From assembly GCA_045605505.1 (NCBI GenBank), contig JAZUQD010000418.1:5490-69489 (forward strand): 64,000 bases of DNA. The letters are read 5' to 3'. Each line of letters starts with the position of its first letter. The first letter of the stretch is position 1. Both the position numbers and the translations under genes were made by a program. The notes beneath the pieces were generated by a model that was given only the letters and a program-made list of their open reading frames with translations, was not told where the DNA came from and did no database searches. This stretch comes from Pradoshia sp. (GTDB taxonomy: Bacteria > Bacillota > Bacilli > Bacillales > Pradoshiaceae). This document shows, one piece after another, positions 20,540-30,400 of this stretch.

Positions 20540-22378
20540 ATGATAAAATATCCTATTTATGTGACATTAGATACTAATATTTTGGATGCAGCAAACTTTG
20601 ATTTCAATGAAAAGAGTACGCTTCAACTTTTAGTAAATTATGTAAAAAAAGGGAAAGTGAAAGTTGTATTAAGTAATATAGTTGTTAGGGAGGCGGAAAA
20701 CCATATTGCTAAAAGAGGTGTTACTGTATGCTCTCTAATGCGAAATCTAAGAGCAGAAGCTTTGAGGACAGCAACTGATTATCAAATAAAACAATTGGGA
20801 TTGGAGCATATTCTGGATCTAAGTATTGATAGGGCTGAAATAAGTCAGAAGAGTATAGATTTGCTACATAAGTATATAGCAGATTTGGATGCTGAGATTC
20901 TTGATACTAGTAAAATAGATTTGGATGCAATAATAGATGATTATTTTGAAATCCGAGCTCCATTTCAAACTGGTGAAAAAAAGAGGAAAGAATTTCCGGA
21001 TGCATTTATAGCAAATCAAATCAGAGAGAGATTTGGACATGAAGAAATGGTTGCAATAATAAGTGATGATAAAGGGTTTAAAGAGGCCTGTCAGCCATGG
21101 GCTAACCATCTGTTCTTTTCTTCTTTAGGAGATTTATATGGTGAAATGAATAAACAGGAAGAATTTTATGCAGCTACAAAAGGTTTTGTGATAGATCAAA
21201 AATCTGATGTTGAATCATATTTAGCTCAATACATAAAAAATAATGTGGAGATAAATGTTATTGGGTTATCGCATGACAGAAAGGGGTTAACTGAAGGATA
21301 TGATTATACCGAAACTTACTTGAATAGTCTGTCAGATGTAACAATTGGAATTCATTCTGTTGATGAAATTGATGACAATAAATCCATTGTAACTTTAAAA
21401 TGCGAAAGCTCATTTATTATGGATTGTTTTTACGAGGACTATGAGAATGCACCATGGGATTCAGAAAAAAAAGAGTATGTTTATGTAGACACTATTGGAA
21501 TTCGAGAAGAGCATAAAGCAAATTTTTCTTGTAGAATTGAAATTAACAGAGCAGAAAATGCTTTTGAGATATTACCATTTAAAATAATTTTAGGTGGAGA
21601 TTCAAGAAAAGATAGATATGAAATAGAAGCTGATTCGGATTATGAATATGATTATGAGCAAGAGATAGAGGATATGGATCGTGAATCAGTTGGACTGAAT
21701 CCATTGGGTGATTATGAAACATACCTTGAAGAAGATCTTGCTAAATCAAAAATGTCAGATGAGATTATCGAGCGTTTCAATTGTATTAATGAATTGTATA
21801 GAGAGTATGAAGAAATATCGAGTACATATGATACGTTATCGGAATTATTCTCAAACAGAGAAAATATCGAAAAAAAAATACATAATATTTCTTCAAAGTT
21901 GAAAAAAATCACAGATTTTCCAGAGGTAATTAATGAAGATAATATTTCTGAAGAAGAAATATCTGTGATTGAGGAATGGATAGATTCCAAATATGAAGAT
22001 GTGTCAAGAAAAATGGAAATAACAAATCTTCCAGATAGTATAGGATATGGAGATAATATCGAGATATTGGGAATTAATGATCAAAAATTATTTTTGAAGA
22101 TAGATGAAATTAATATTAATCCAAATGCGGGTAATATTGAATGGATTGATATTAGTTTATTTGATGAAAAAAGAATAATAGCAAGTGGAACAGTAGAACT
22201 CACAGTGGGTTATATTGAGTATGATGATGATGGTGGTGTAGCAGATGGATTGGAAGATGCAATCGACTATAATTACCGTTCAATAATTGAGCAGCTGGAT
22301 AATTTTATATTAGCGCAGAATGAATATATGAAAAATGAAAAAGCAATTATTGAAATTCTTGAAGAGGCAATTGATTAA
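20540..22378 (+). CDS. PIN-like domain (DUF4935-type) protein with long acidic C-terminus; possible defence nuclease
   Basis: LDTNI, VVREAENH, APF..KKRKEFPDAFI, ISDDKGF PIN-like acidic motifs. Confidence 0.75.
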   Translation: MIKYPIYVTLDTNILDAANFDFNEKSTLQLLVNYVKKGKVKVVLSNIVVREAENHIAKRGVTVCSLMRNLRAEALRTATDYQIKQLGLEHILDLSIDRAEISQKSIDLLHKYIADLDAEILDTSKIDLDAIIDDYFEIRAPFQTGEKKRKEFPDAFIANQIRERFGHEEMVAIISDDKGFKEACQPWANHLFFSSLGDLYGEMNKQEEFYAATKGFVIDQKSDVESYLAQYIKNNVEINVIGLSHDRKGLTEGYDYTETYLNSLSDVTIGIHSVDEIDDNKSIVTLKCESSFIMDCFYEDYENAPWDSEKKEYVYVDTIGIREEHKANFSCRIEINRAENAFEILPFKIILGGDSRKDRYEIEADSDYEYDYEQEIEDMDRESVGLNPLGDYETYLEEDLAKSKMSDEIIERFNCINELYREYEEISSTYDTLSELFSNRENIEKKIHNISSKLKKITDFPEVINEDNISEEEISVIEEWIDSKYEDVSRKMEITNLPDSIGYGDNIEILGINDQKLFLKIDEININPNAGNIEWIDISLFDEKRIIASGTVELTVGYIEYDDDGGVADGLEDAIDYNYRSIIEQLDNFILAQNEYMKNEKAIIEILEEAID

Positions 22379-22503
22379 TAATAGAGATATACTATGGTAT
22401 GTTGAAGATCGATTGTAATGATAATTGGTTTACTGCATCTGTGTTGATTTATAAATAGATATTAAATATCTAAATATAATTTATATTCATTATTATATCG
22501 TAA

Positions 22504-22528
22504 AAGACAACTCAAATATGAGTTGTCT
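22504..22528. terminator. Hairpin after cargo array
   Basis: aagacaactca-aata-tgagttgtctt. Confidence 0.6.
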
Positions 22529-22865
22529 TAACTTTATATTATATAATGAAATAAAATGGCAAGAGTATAGAATATATCAGCAACAAAAATGTTGGATTTA
22601 TTTATATATTTTATAATTTTTGTTTGACTTATTTGTAAATAATACTTTTTATTTGAGATTTTTGTAAATAATAATAACGAATTCTTTGAGTAAAAAGAAA
22701 ATAAAACCATAATGTTTAACTTTTGTGCAAATGTACAATTGTATACCAAACAGCACATATGCACACTCACTTGAAAAGCACAGGTGAGTGTGCTATACTT
22801 TTATCAAGGCTATTTCGGTTAATAAATATTTACCGAAATATAGGGAAGAAAAAAAGGGGTACATT

Positions 22866-23864
22866 ATGCCAAATACAGATGTAAAACTCTATGTTGATTA
22901 TTCCACAGCACCAGAAGTTTTAATGGAATTTATCAGATATATTGAAACTATCAAAGGTTTGTCCAGAAAAACCGCACGCGGATATTTTATTGACCTGCAG
23001 CAGTTTTTCCGCTTTGTTGTGCAAAAGCGCAATAAATGCATAGATAATGAAACTATAAATGATGTTGATATTTCGGCTTTGGACATAAATTTTGTGGCTT
23101 CAATCACACAGTCTGATATTCTGGAATTTCTGCATTTTTTACTTACTGCAAGAAAAAACACATCAACATCCCGTGCACGCAAATTAAGCAGCATACGCAG
23201 TTATTTTAAATATATGACCGCCAAGGTCAATAAACTAACATTTAATCCTGCAGAAAATATTGATTCTCCTTCAATCGCTAAAAAAATGCCTAAATTTCTT
23301 TCTGTGGAACAGAGCCTTGAATTGTTAAATAATATACAAACTCCTTTTACAGAGCGTGACTACTGTATGATTTTATTATTTTTAAGCTGCGGGATGCGTC
23401 TGTCAGAGCTTGTTGGCATAAATATAAATGACATCAAAGGCGATACTATACAGATTTTCGGCAAAGGTGCGAAGGAAAGGTTTGTTTATCTCAACGACAG
23501 CTGTATCATTGCTATTGATGACTACCTTAAAGTAAGAAATACTATTGTTTCTCCTGCAAAAGAGCCAGCGCTATTTATATCAAAACGAACAAAGAAAAGA
23601 ATATCCGATAGGCGTGTAGAGCAGATTGTGGAAGACTGTCTGAAAAAAGCCGGGCTAGATAATCTGGGTTTCACAACTCACAAGCTGCGCCACACTGCAG
23701 CCACCCAGCTGTACCGCTACGGTGGCGCAGATGTGCTGGCGTTAAAGGAAATTTTAGGCCATGAGCATGTGAACACAACGGAAATTTACACCCACCTTGA
23801 TGATGAATCTATCAAAAAAGTTGCCAAGTCTTCTCCCCTTGCTAATGTAAAAAAATCAGATTAG
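22866..23864 (+). CDS. xerC: XerC-like tyrosine recombinase
   Basis: N-terminal SAM-like domain, GMRLSEL, GKGAKER, HKLRH, LGH, TTEIYTH. Confidence 0.85.
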   Translation: MPNTDVKLYVDYSTAPEVLMEFIRYIETIKGLSRKTARGYFIDLQQFFRFVVQKRNKCIDNETINDVDISALDINFVASITQSDILEFLHFLLTARKNTSTSRARKLSSIRSYFKYMTAKVNKLTFNPAENIDSPSIAKKMPKFLSVEQSLELLNNIQTPFTERDYCMILLFLSCGMRLSELVGININDIKGDTIQIFGKGAKERFVYLNDSCIIAIDDYLKVRNTIVSPAKEPALFISKRTKKRISDRRVEQIVEDCLKKAGLDNLGFTTHKLRHTAATQLYRYGGADVLALKEILGHEHVNTTEIYTHLDDESIKKVAKSSPLANVKKSD

Positions 23865-23870
23865 TGATAA

Positions 23871-23901
23871 AAAAAGAGCTTGATTATTCAAGCTCTGTTT
23901 T
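23871..23901. terminator. Bidirectional terminator
   Basis: aaaaagagcttga-ttat-tcaagctctgtttt. Confidence 0.7.
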
Positions 23902-23904
23902 CTA

Positions 23905-24147
23905 TTATCTCATCTGATCCAGAATATACGGATCTTTTATCTTTTTGTCATCAGCAAAAAGAATAATTTTGGATATAATTTCAGCTGTTTTTGGATCCTC
24001 ATCCAGGAATGAGAGGAAGATTTTGCCCCTGTGCTGTGAGTGAACTGGCAACACATTAAGCTGATGCACACCTCTCATATGCACTACACCACTTCCCAGG
24101 TGAACTGTATATTCTCCAAGATAACTTTCGATAAATGTATGTGTACC
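23905..24147 (-). pseudogene. C-terminal remnant of a DUF4132-family protein
   Basis: Manual translation GTHTFIESYLGEYTVHLGSGVVH..LPVHSQHRGKIFLSFLDEDPKTAEIISKIILFADDKKIKDPYILDQMR*; no start codon. Confidence 0.65.
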
Positions 24148-24402
24148 TTATACAATAACATTTTTTATAAAGTTCAAACAATTTATATTTTCCTAAATAT
24201 ACATGTAAAAGTAAAAATTTAAATTAAAATTTTACGTCATAAATTTGTTAATAATCATATTTATTCTAATTAAATATTCTAACTTTATTTCCAAATATTT
24301 CATTTATGATTATATTTTTATAAGTTTAAAAAATATTTTTTATTTGTTCTTATTAGTACCAGTAAAACGTACTAATATAAGGGAATTTTCCCTGTTTGAT
24401 AT

Positions 24403-24431
24403 TTGACTATATGAGTTATGTATGTTAAAAT
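24403..24431 (+). promoter_or_regulatory. Sigma-A promoter
   Basis: TTGACT-17-TAAAAT with extended -10 TG. Confidence 0.6.
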
Positions 24432-24437
24432 ATTTAT

Positions 24438-24775
24438 GTAAGGAGAAGGTTTGAGCAGCCTTTACCATCAATCCTTATCGTACTAACAAATAGGGGTACG
24501 TACCATCCCCGATCTGTCGTGAAGTGGACGTGAACACCGGATATATTCTTTTTTGCTCACATTGCATATATCAATAAAATAATGGTTGACCTTTAAATAT
24601 GTCTATTCTCCTTTCGGACATATCTCCATCAAAAGGTACATTATTTCTTTTTCTCATAATTTCGTGGAAAGCGCCACGCTCAGTATATCCTTTCCTGAGT
24701 TTGTGCCAAATAGGTACACGCGATATTCAAATTCTTTTCTTCGTAGAGGAGCGACTTGTGTCGCTCCTTTACTTC
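24438..24775 (+). ncRNA. Candidate structured RNA / cis-regulatory leader
   Basis: GC-richer non-coding stretch with successive hairpins ending in aggagcgac-ttgt-gtcgctcct-ttac; no family recognised. Confidence 0.35.
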
Positions 24776-24799
24776 TATATGTAACTGTGAGGAGATAAT

Positions 24800-25120
24800 A
24801 TGGGCATTACTTGTAAAATATGTCAACATAATAAAAACAAAATTTGTATGTGTTCATTAAGCAACCATTACAAAGCAATTATCAAGGATTCTGATACCTG
24901 TTTATATATGCAGCGATATTTTGAACAAAATGTAATTATTAGAAATGGGGCTTTTTCCAAAAAAGAGATCGAAATATATATTAATCATCTTCATCAAAAA
25001 CATCCAGACACTCATTTTGGAACAATTACATTTGATCAAGACGGAGATCACGTTCTTATAACTTATGAAGTGCTCCCTGATAATGTTGAAAGGATTCGAA
25101 AGCTTCCTGATAATTTATAA
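24800..25120 (+). CDS. Small protein: Cys-rich N-terminus plus region resembling short clostridial NrdD-C-terminal-like proteins
   Basis: GAGGAG RBS; EIEIYI..DGDHVLITY..ERIRK pattern, lacks the ITGYL glycyl-radical loop. Confidence 0.5.
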   Translation: MGITCKICQHNKNKICMCSLSNHYKAIIKDSDTCLYMQRYFEQNVIIRNGAFSKKEIEIYINHLHQKHPDTHFGTITFDQDGDHVLITYEVLPDNVERIRKLPDNL

Positions 25121-25127
25121 AATTTTC

Positions 25128-25153
25128 AAAGAGGACATCCGGTCCTCTTTTTT
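25128..25153 (+). terminator. Intrinsic terminator
   Basis: aaagaggac-atccg-gtcctcttt followed by T-run. Confidence 0.7.
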
Positions 25154-26529
25154 ATTGTGAAATTATTATGTGTATTATATACGATTAATAAAAGCCCGAT
25201 GAGGCATATAGAATCGAAAGCCGCCTTTTGGCGGCTTTTCGTTTGCATATTTTATACAGAAATTGTACAATTTTTTCATAATAAGCAAGATATTTAATAA
25301 ATTCTGACACTGTATGAGAAGTCAGAAAGTCAGCTCCAGCATTCTCTATTAATATCCCAAGTGTTGAATATCATTGAGCGGATATTTCTTTTTTCCTGCT
25401 TAGTTTGAAGCTTGTCCGCAAGTCTGTAGGTTCATAAATAACACGGATTAAATGATGAAGCCTGTATTCATTTTCTATCACAAGAAGTGCATCACACTTT
25501 ATAAGTTTATACCCTGCATGTTTTTCAGATATTAAGAGATTAAAATTTATTTTCACTAAATTGTTCAATTAAACATTCCTTATTTCATTTTTAAGAAAAG
25601 CTTAATCCGTATCTTCTTTTATCTTACAACATCGCCTTTTTGCACAAAAAATACCACTGAAATCAATCAGTGCCATATCCCTGGCTTTCCAATAGTTCAT
25701 CTGCTCGCGTCAGAATTCGACCTCATGTTTTGTTTTTCGATATCGCGCCTGTTATCAAACAGCTACATAATTTCCATCTCTCGCTTTTTGCGATCGATTT
25801 CAGAACTAATCGTTCTGGCTTTGGCATTGGCCATCCTACCTTCAATAGTTCCAGATAGTTTTCTGGCAGCCTTTCTTACAACAGTTGCATCTCTCTATAG
25901 CTGGCACAGCCTTTCTTTATCATTATCCATCTTTATTGTTCTTGGTATTACTGCTGTTTTATACCGAAACTTGTATTCCGGATTCTGCTCTTGAGCAAGA
26001 TAATTAAAATATTTAGAATATCTGCAGCACGATCAGGATACAGCATTATTAATGTCTTATTATAATATATCTGTTTCAGACTGATTCTTTGACTTCTGAC
26101 AATAGTGTTGTACGCCTCAATAATCTGATTGTCTTGGTTGATTTTATTTTCCTGTTTCTCCGTAAGTCCTATACCAATATGAAGGTTGAAATAAATGTAT
26201 TGATTTAGGCGTCAGACACGCCTCTTTTTGCCCGGCTATAGTTATTCATTTATCCAGACAGCAAGTTCTCGTTTAGTTTCAAACAGCCATTCATTTGTTG
26301 CCAGTTCTGCATTCTTACTTACGAAATATCTCTGCTGCCGCACTGTTCCCTTCGGTATATTCTTACAACTAATACAGAGCTCGCTATCTTGAAAACATCA
26401 GGTTTCTTGTATTTTCTTTTCCTTCTTCATTAAAACGAGTTGCGTTCTGCTACAACTTTAGGTTAATATATTGATTAAGAAGTATCGGATTTAATAAAAT
26501 TAAAAAAATATGTAAAGGAGTATTATTAT

Positions 26530-27342
26530 ATGAAAAAGATTTATATGGGTATTAGCATTTTATTGATTGCATTAATAATTACTTTTTCTTCCTGTAGTAA
26601 TCAAACAAAAATAAATAATAGTGATAATGGATTTATTCCTAATACATCAACAGATGTCTCGCATAAAGATACTATATGCAAAGAGAACTGCCCTCATCAA
26701 CTCGGCATGTCATATGCTGAAGAAACTATTAAATATATTGCTCGCCCATTATCGGATGAAAATATCAAAGTATTTATGAGGCAGGCAGAAATTATATCCG
26801 ATCATATAGTAAAATATTTGATTAGCGGACTTTTTTTGGAAGAATCTAAAACCATCTATCCAAAAGATTTGCAAGATGGAAGTATTTGGAATTTTGTGAT
26901 GAATTCTTATAAATACTATGACTATGAAGTGCATCCATATAATGACTTTTGTTCATATAGTGGTAACTTTTTCTCTATATCCGAAGAAAATGCGCAAACA
27001 ATTGTATTAGAATTGTTTAATAGGCCGTATTGGTGTTATAAAAAGGACGATACCTTTTATTGGTGCAGTAAGACTAATACGATTGTCTTCCCCAATAATA
27101 CAGGAGGTATAACAAATGAACTGATTTTGGATAACATTAAAACTAATTTGGAAGGGAATGTAATATCCGTATCATTTTCAATATTAAGAACAAATACCGA
27201 AATGGATATTTATAATGAATTAATCTCAAATACATCAATCACATATGAGATTCTTACTGAGGATTATGCTGGATTTAATGGTAAAACATTTTTAAGATTA
27301 GTTAATATAGATCATAAAAATGCATTAAATATTATTCCCTAG
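26530..27342 (+). CDS. Lipoprotein, unknown function
   Basis: MKK + hydrophobic + FSSC lipobox; AAAGGAG RBS. Confidence 0.75.
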   Translation: MKKIYMGISILLIALIITFSSCSNQTKINNSDNGFIPNTSTDVSHKDTICKENCPHQLGMSYAEETIKYIARPLSDENIKVFMRQAEIISDHIVKYLISGLFLEESKTIYPKDLQDGSIWNFVMNSYKYYDYEVHPYNDFCSYSGNFFSISEENAQTIVLELFNRPYWCYKKDDTFYWCSKTNTIVFPNNTGGITNELILDNIKTNLEGNVISVSFSILRTNTEMDIYNELISNTSITYEILTEDYAGFNGKTFLRLVNIDHKNALNIIP

Positions 27343-27362
27343 CAGTAAATTAGGTGATAAAA

Positions 27363-27396
27363 AACCACACACTATATAGGTTTATAGTGTGTGGTT
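27363..27396. terminator. Hairpin between convergent lipoprotein and lysin genes
   Basis: aaccacacactata-taggtt-tatagtgtgtggtt 14-bp stem. Confidence 0.75.
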
Positions 27397-27459
27397 GATC
27401 TATGAATTATTTTATAAAAAATATTAAACTATGTAAATCCCTAAAAAGTTTTATGTATA

Positions 27460-30400
27460 TCAAGAGAAATAATTTGTTGCTGTCGTTGTATCAAATTCAT
27501 AGTTTTTAGAATCGATTATTGTAGTGAAATCTGTATTAACATAAAATGCTTCATCTGGTTTTAATGGAGTACCATCAGTATCCAAAATAATAATATTCCA
27601 TGTCAATGCAGTTTCAGGAGAATAATATGTGCTTTGATATTCACCCAATCCGCTATTAGATTCTATTATATTACCTGTACTTATGGCCATATGAAAATGC
27701 GCAGCAACTGTTTTACCGCCACCAGCATCAGTACCTTCTCTAAACATAGCTTGGCCACGAGAAAAAATATCTCCGACATATATTTTGGACAAATCATCAT
27801 CATTTGGATGAATAACCATTAAAACAATGTTATCTTCTCCATGAGGCATTACAACTTTATCCTTTGATTTTAGCCAAATTACATTGGCTTTGCCAGGTTC
27901 ATCATTACCAGTATCAACACCTCTCACTCTTAGTACAACCATTTCATCACAAGGACAATACATCCACGACCTATCCGGGTGAGGTGCATCGCAACCTTCA
28001 TCAATAGGATAATCTTTTACATCACCTGCCTGATTTCCTGCATGTGAATATGTTCCGTCATGTCTCTGAGAGATGTTCATAGTTGCACATGGATAAGTCA
28101 TGTAGTTGATATGCTCGCTTATCTCCCAAGAATTATTTTCAAAAGCAGATATATCCAAATTACGCCATACCAATTCACCGTTGGGAATTAATACATTTGA
28201 TCTATCTATAACAAGGTATTTATTGTATCTCAATGAATGAATTAAATACTTATTAGGATAAAGTTCATGGTTTAATGGTTCAAATTTGATATTTAAACTT
28301 ACATTTTTAAATTCTACTGTTGGAAGTACAGTGGTTACTTTATCTCCAACTGGATTTATAGATAAATGTTTGGTTGTATCATAACAAGAAATTATATCTG
28401 GTCCCTTAAAAGATGCTTTTGCCTCAAAAACCTGATTAAATTCAGTGTTTTTATCAAGCAATGTAAATGTATTATTGTTAAGAGTTATATATTTTCCATT
28501 GTTTTTTATTTTAAAACGTTTGCCATTGAGTTCGCTTGGAACGATAGCTGCTGAATACAAAACAACAGGTGCATCATCAGCTTTATTGGAAACATTAACA
28601 ATTTCACTACTATCTTTATTATCAGTAACAGATGATAACCCATCTATAAAAGTAAACCAGTATTCAAAAAAACCACGTGACAATGTTTCTACTGATGCTT
28701 TTATTTTGAAAGAGTTTGTAGCTCCATCAATTGGAACTAAAAGTGCTTTAGGGAGAGATTCATCACTACTTACAACAAATCCACTATACGTAGAATTAAG
28801 TCGCAAATATTGTGTTGTATCAGAAGCATTAACAATTTCTTTGCCTCCGTCTGTATCTACAATAATCCATTTCTGATTCGCTTCAGATACTGTCTCACTA
28901 AAAGAAACACCATATCCTTCATCCGTCTGAGTATTCGCAAGAACAAGTGGATACTGTGTGCCAAGTTTTCTAATAAAAACGGCGTTACTATTAAGAGCAT
29001 TTGCTTTATTAGCGATATCCTGCATTTTAGAACGCAGATAGTCGCCCGGACACTCTGTATATGAATACATACTATGCCATGTCAGGTTCTGGCCTGGCAC
29101 CAATGTGCCAAGGTTATTTCTTCTTGCGATATCAGCAACAAGTTCATAGAGCCTACGATATGAATCTTCAGACACTGGATATTCACCTGAAGCAACGCTG
29201 TTAGCTACCTCAATTGTAATTGCACGATAGTTAGATGACTCTGCATCTGGATCAATCGGAGTGCCGCCATTTGTATAAGCTGTGTTACATTCCTTTACAT
29301 ACTGGCCAACATTGAGACCATTGATGCCATAATGTGAAGAAGCACCTTCTGCAGGATTCTGCCACATTGCACCAAGGCTTTCAATAGACATATTACCTGC
29401 CATATGATGAATTGTAATTTCGCTAATCTGACATCCATTTCTACCTACCATATAGTTGCCGGCTACAGCTGGGATAAATTTATTAACCAGTGTAGAGTCC
29501 GGAGTAGTGTCGTTATCAACAGCATTATCGAATGACATTTCACTTTCAGGAATAAGCTTCCAAAGAGCACAAGGCTCAGTGTCCACGGCAGTCCAATAAG
29601 CTTTTGCACCGATAGACAGGCTTGAAACAGTCAGATATCTGCCGTGATAATGCATCTTGATGCGGTAAATATTATCTGCTTCAGAATATGGAATGATTTC
29701 CAAAACCGTATCAGTATCGCTTACAGCAGCATCATACATTGTACAGTTGTTATCTTTAGCGTAAATGTTGAGAGCAAAGTTTTCGTTCAGCTTTGTCAGC
29801 ATTTTAGGGCCAGCTGTAGTATTACGGATTACCCAGCGCTGTGCTTGTACGTTTTCTTTGGCGTATACATTTACCTGTGCTGTATTAGATACTGTTTCAT
29901 TACCATTGATATTCAGGAAATAGCCTGTATTAACATTCTGAATAAAGAATGTTCTATCGATAATGCCATCCGCAGCTTCTTCTGCTGGAGGAAACATATC
30001 TTCCTCAGTAACAAACTGCCATAGCGGATATGTTGGCGAATCAGACCAGAATGCATTGTAACCACTGCCAACACCTGCTGCCTCAAGATATTTACCATGA
30101 TGGAACATTTTAATTTTGTAAACTTTATCCGCAGCTGTTATAGTGGCATCTGTATATGGCTCAAATTCCAGAACAGTGTCAATATTGCTTACATCAGCTT
30201 TGTACATAGTGCAGTTAGGATTATCTTCACTGTAAATATTCAGTGCAAATGTTGAATCAATAGCGGTTACAATTTTAGGACCTCTATCAGTCTGAATAAC
30301 TTGCCATTTCTGTGCCAGACAGTTTTCTTTGCTGTATACATTAACATTTCTGCCATTGGCAACAGTATCTGTACCATGAACATTTAGGTTGTAACCTGTA

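Noticed and set aside
22500..22800. dif site next to xerC-like gene
   Set aside because: AT-rich palindromic stretches present but none fits an 11-6-11 XerC/XerD arrangement convincingly
24654..24730. Superficial similarity to the purine riboswitch (ctcataat..cgtgga..cacgc)
   Set aside because: Lacks the UUUCUACC junction, kissing-loop sequences and a closing P1
25190..25245. Hammerhead-like string CCGATGAG..CGAAA-gccgcc-tttt-ggcggc-TT
   Set aside because: Core reads CCGAUGA not CUGAUGA, stem II is weak and stem I cannot form; better explained as a terminator hairpin
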